From NCBI RefSeq assembly GCF_030144855.1, contig NW_026780449.1:1-34957 (forward strand): a stretch of 34,957 nucleotides of DNA, read 5' to 3'. This document shows positions 34,093 to 34,957 of the stretch, piece after piece (the first letter of the stretch is position 1; every line of letters starts with the position of its first letter). This DNA comes from Hypanus sabinus (taxonomy: Eukaryota). Both the position numbers and the translations under genes were made by a program. A model generated the notes under the pieces. The model searched no databases and was not told the origin of the DNA. It saw only the letters and a list, made by a program, of their open reading frames with translations.

Positions 34093-34824
34093 AACTGCTC
34101 TGTAATGTCCAACACCTGAATTCCATGATGTGACTGATGGAGGCCAGCTGTCAAACGGCTGCTTCAGCGCTGGAATCGATTCTCAATGGGGTCTTTTAAA
34201 GCCTCCTCTAGAGATACACGGAGCTTTGCAACATAGAGGCTATGCGCTAGGGAAACTCTAAGCCGTTCCTGGGACCAGGTTGAATGGTCGGTACAACTTA
34301 TGCTGCAGATTCCTATGGTCCTGTGTTTTATTTTCCCAGGTGTAACTGCTTTTCTCGGACACTGTGTGCGCTGACTACCTACATCAGTGCCCCTCAGGAT
34401 TGCCTGCTCGACTCTCAGGAATACTGGGTTTGCACTGGTCAAACGCCACCCAGGGTACGGTCTCCTCTCCTTACTACAATGGAGTTGTTGGCACTAACCT
34501 GCTTGGTCACCCTCTCAACACCTTTTACCGCCGTCCAGCAACCCCAGGATCCGGCTCATTTCTTGCATTCCTCCGCCCACTTAGTTTCATCTCCCCAAGG
34601 CCCAGCATCTCACGCTTATCCCTCTGAAACTCTGCAATTTCCGCGCAACCATTCAAGAACACGGCAATAAAGACTCCGCAGGTGGGGCGGCATCTGCGGG
34701 AAGCGGCCCGGTTAATGCTCCCGGACTGCGTTTATTCCAGCAGGAGGCCGAGATGAGTGATTATACCATTCACCTCCCAGACATCGCAACGTCTACGGCA
34801 AAAGACAACGTTTCCGCACGGAGA

Positions 34825-34957
34825 CATTACATAAGAAAATAAATACATAGGAAATTGGAACATGGGTAGGCCATCCGGCCCATCGAAACAGCCCCGCCAT
34901 TCAATAAGATTATGGATGATCTGTCCGTAAACTCAGCTCCATTTCCCCAGAACCCTT
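34825..34957 (-). mobile_element. CR1 3' end (unit 6, cut by the window edge)
   Basis: Homologous to 1900-2020. Confidence 0.88.

Larger units (their letters stand above)
32922..34957. repeat. Tandem duplication unit 6 (partial, runs off the window)
   Basis: Colinear with 1-2020 and 22772-24795, with many single-base indels. Confidence 0.93.

Noticed and set aside
1-34957. D, J or C segments, or 12-bp-spacer RSS
   Set aside because: I saw no heptamer-12-nonamer pair, FGXG J motif or C1-set exon by eye. Only V cassettes are present.
1-34957. CRISPR array, prokaryotic operon, rRNA or tRNA genes
   Set aside because: The DNA is intron-containing vertebrate sequence, and the repeats are kilobase segmental duplications, not short repeat-spacer units. 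I saw no structural RNA signature.

Overview
Vertebrate genomic DNA, most likely a cartilaginous fish (skate or ray; inferred from CR1 LINE and HE1-type SINE tails recalled from memory), covering part of a T-cell receptor beta (TRB) V-gene cluster. The window is about six tandem, internally deleted copies of a 2.5-8.4 kb unit starting near 1, 8406, 14742, 22772, 30380 and 32922. Five units carry a minus-strand V gene with a leader exon, a ~220-nt phase-1 intron, a ~296-nt V exon ending YFCAWSL, and a 23-bp-spacer RSS (CACAGCC-23-ACAAAAACC). V1-V3 are intact; V4 and V5 are disrupted as assembled. Unit 4 alone keeps an inverted (+ strand), much older V pseudogene. The rest is decayed CR1, Penelope and SINE fragments, CT microsatellites, four N gaps, and several CpG-rich blocks that may be highly decayed V relics (low confidence). 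No D, J or C segment was seen, and almost all ORFs in the supplied track are spurious or TE-derived. I found no new biological system. The most interesting signals concern V-gene birth-and-death and CDR2-focused sequence exchange. All alignments and counts were done by eye and TE boundaries are approximate.
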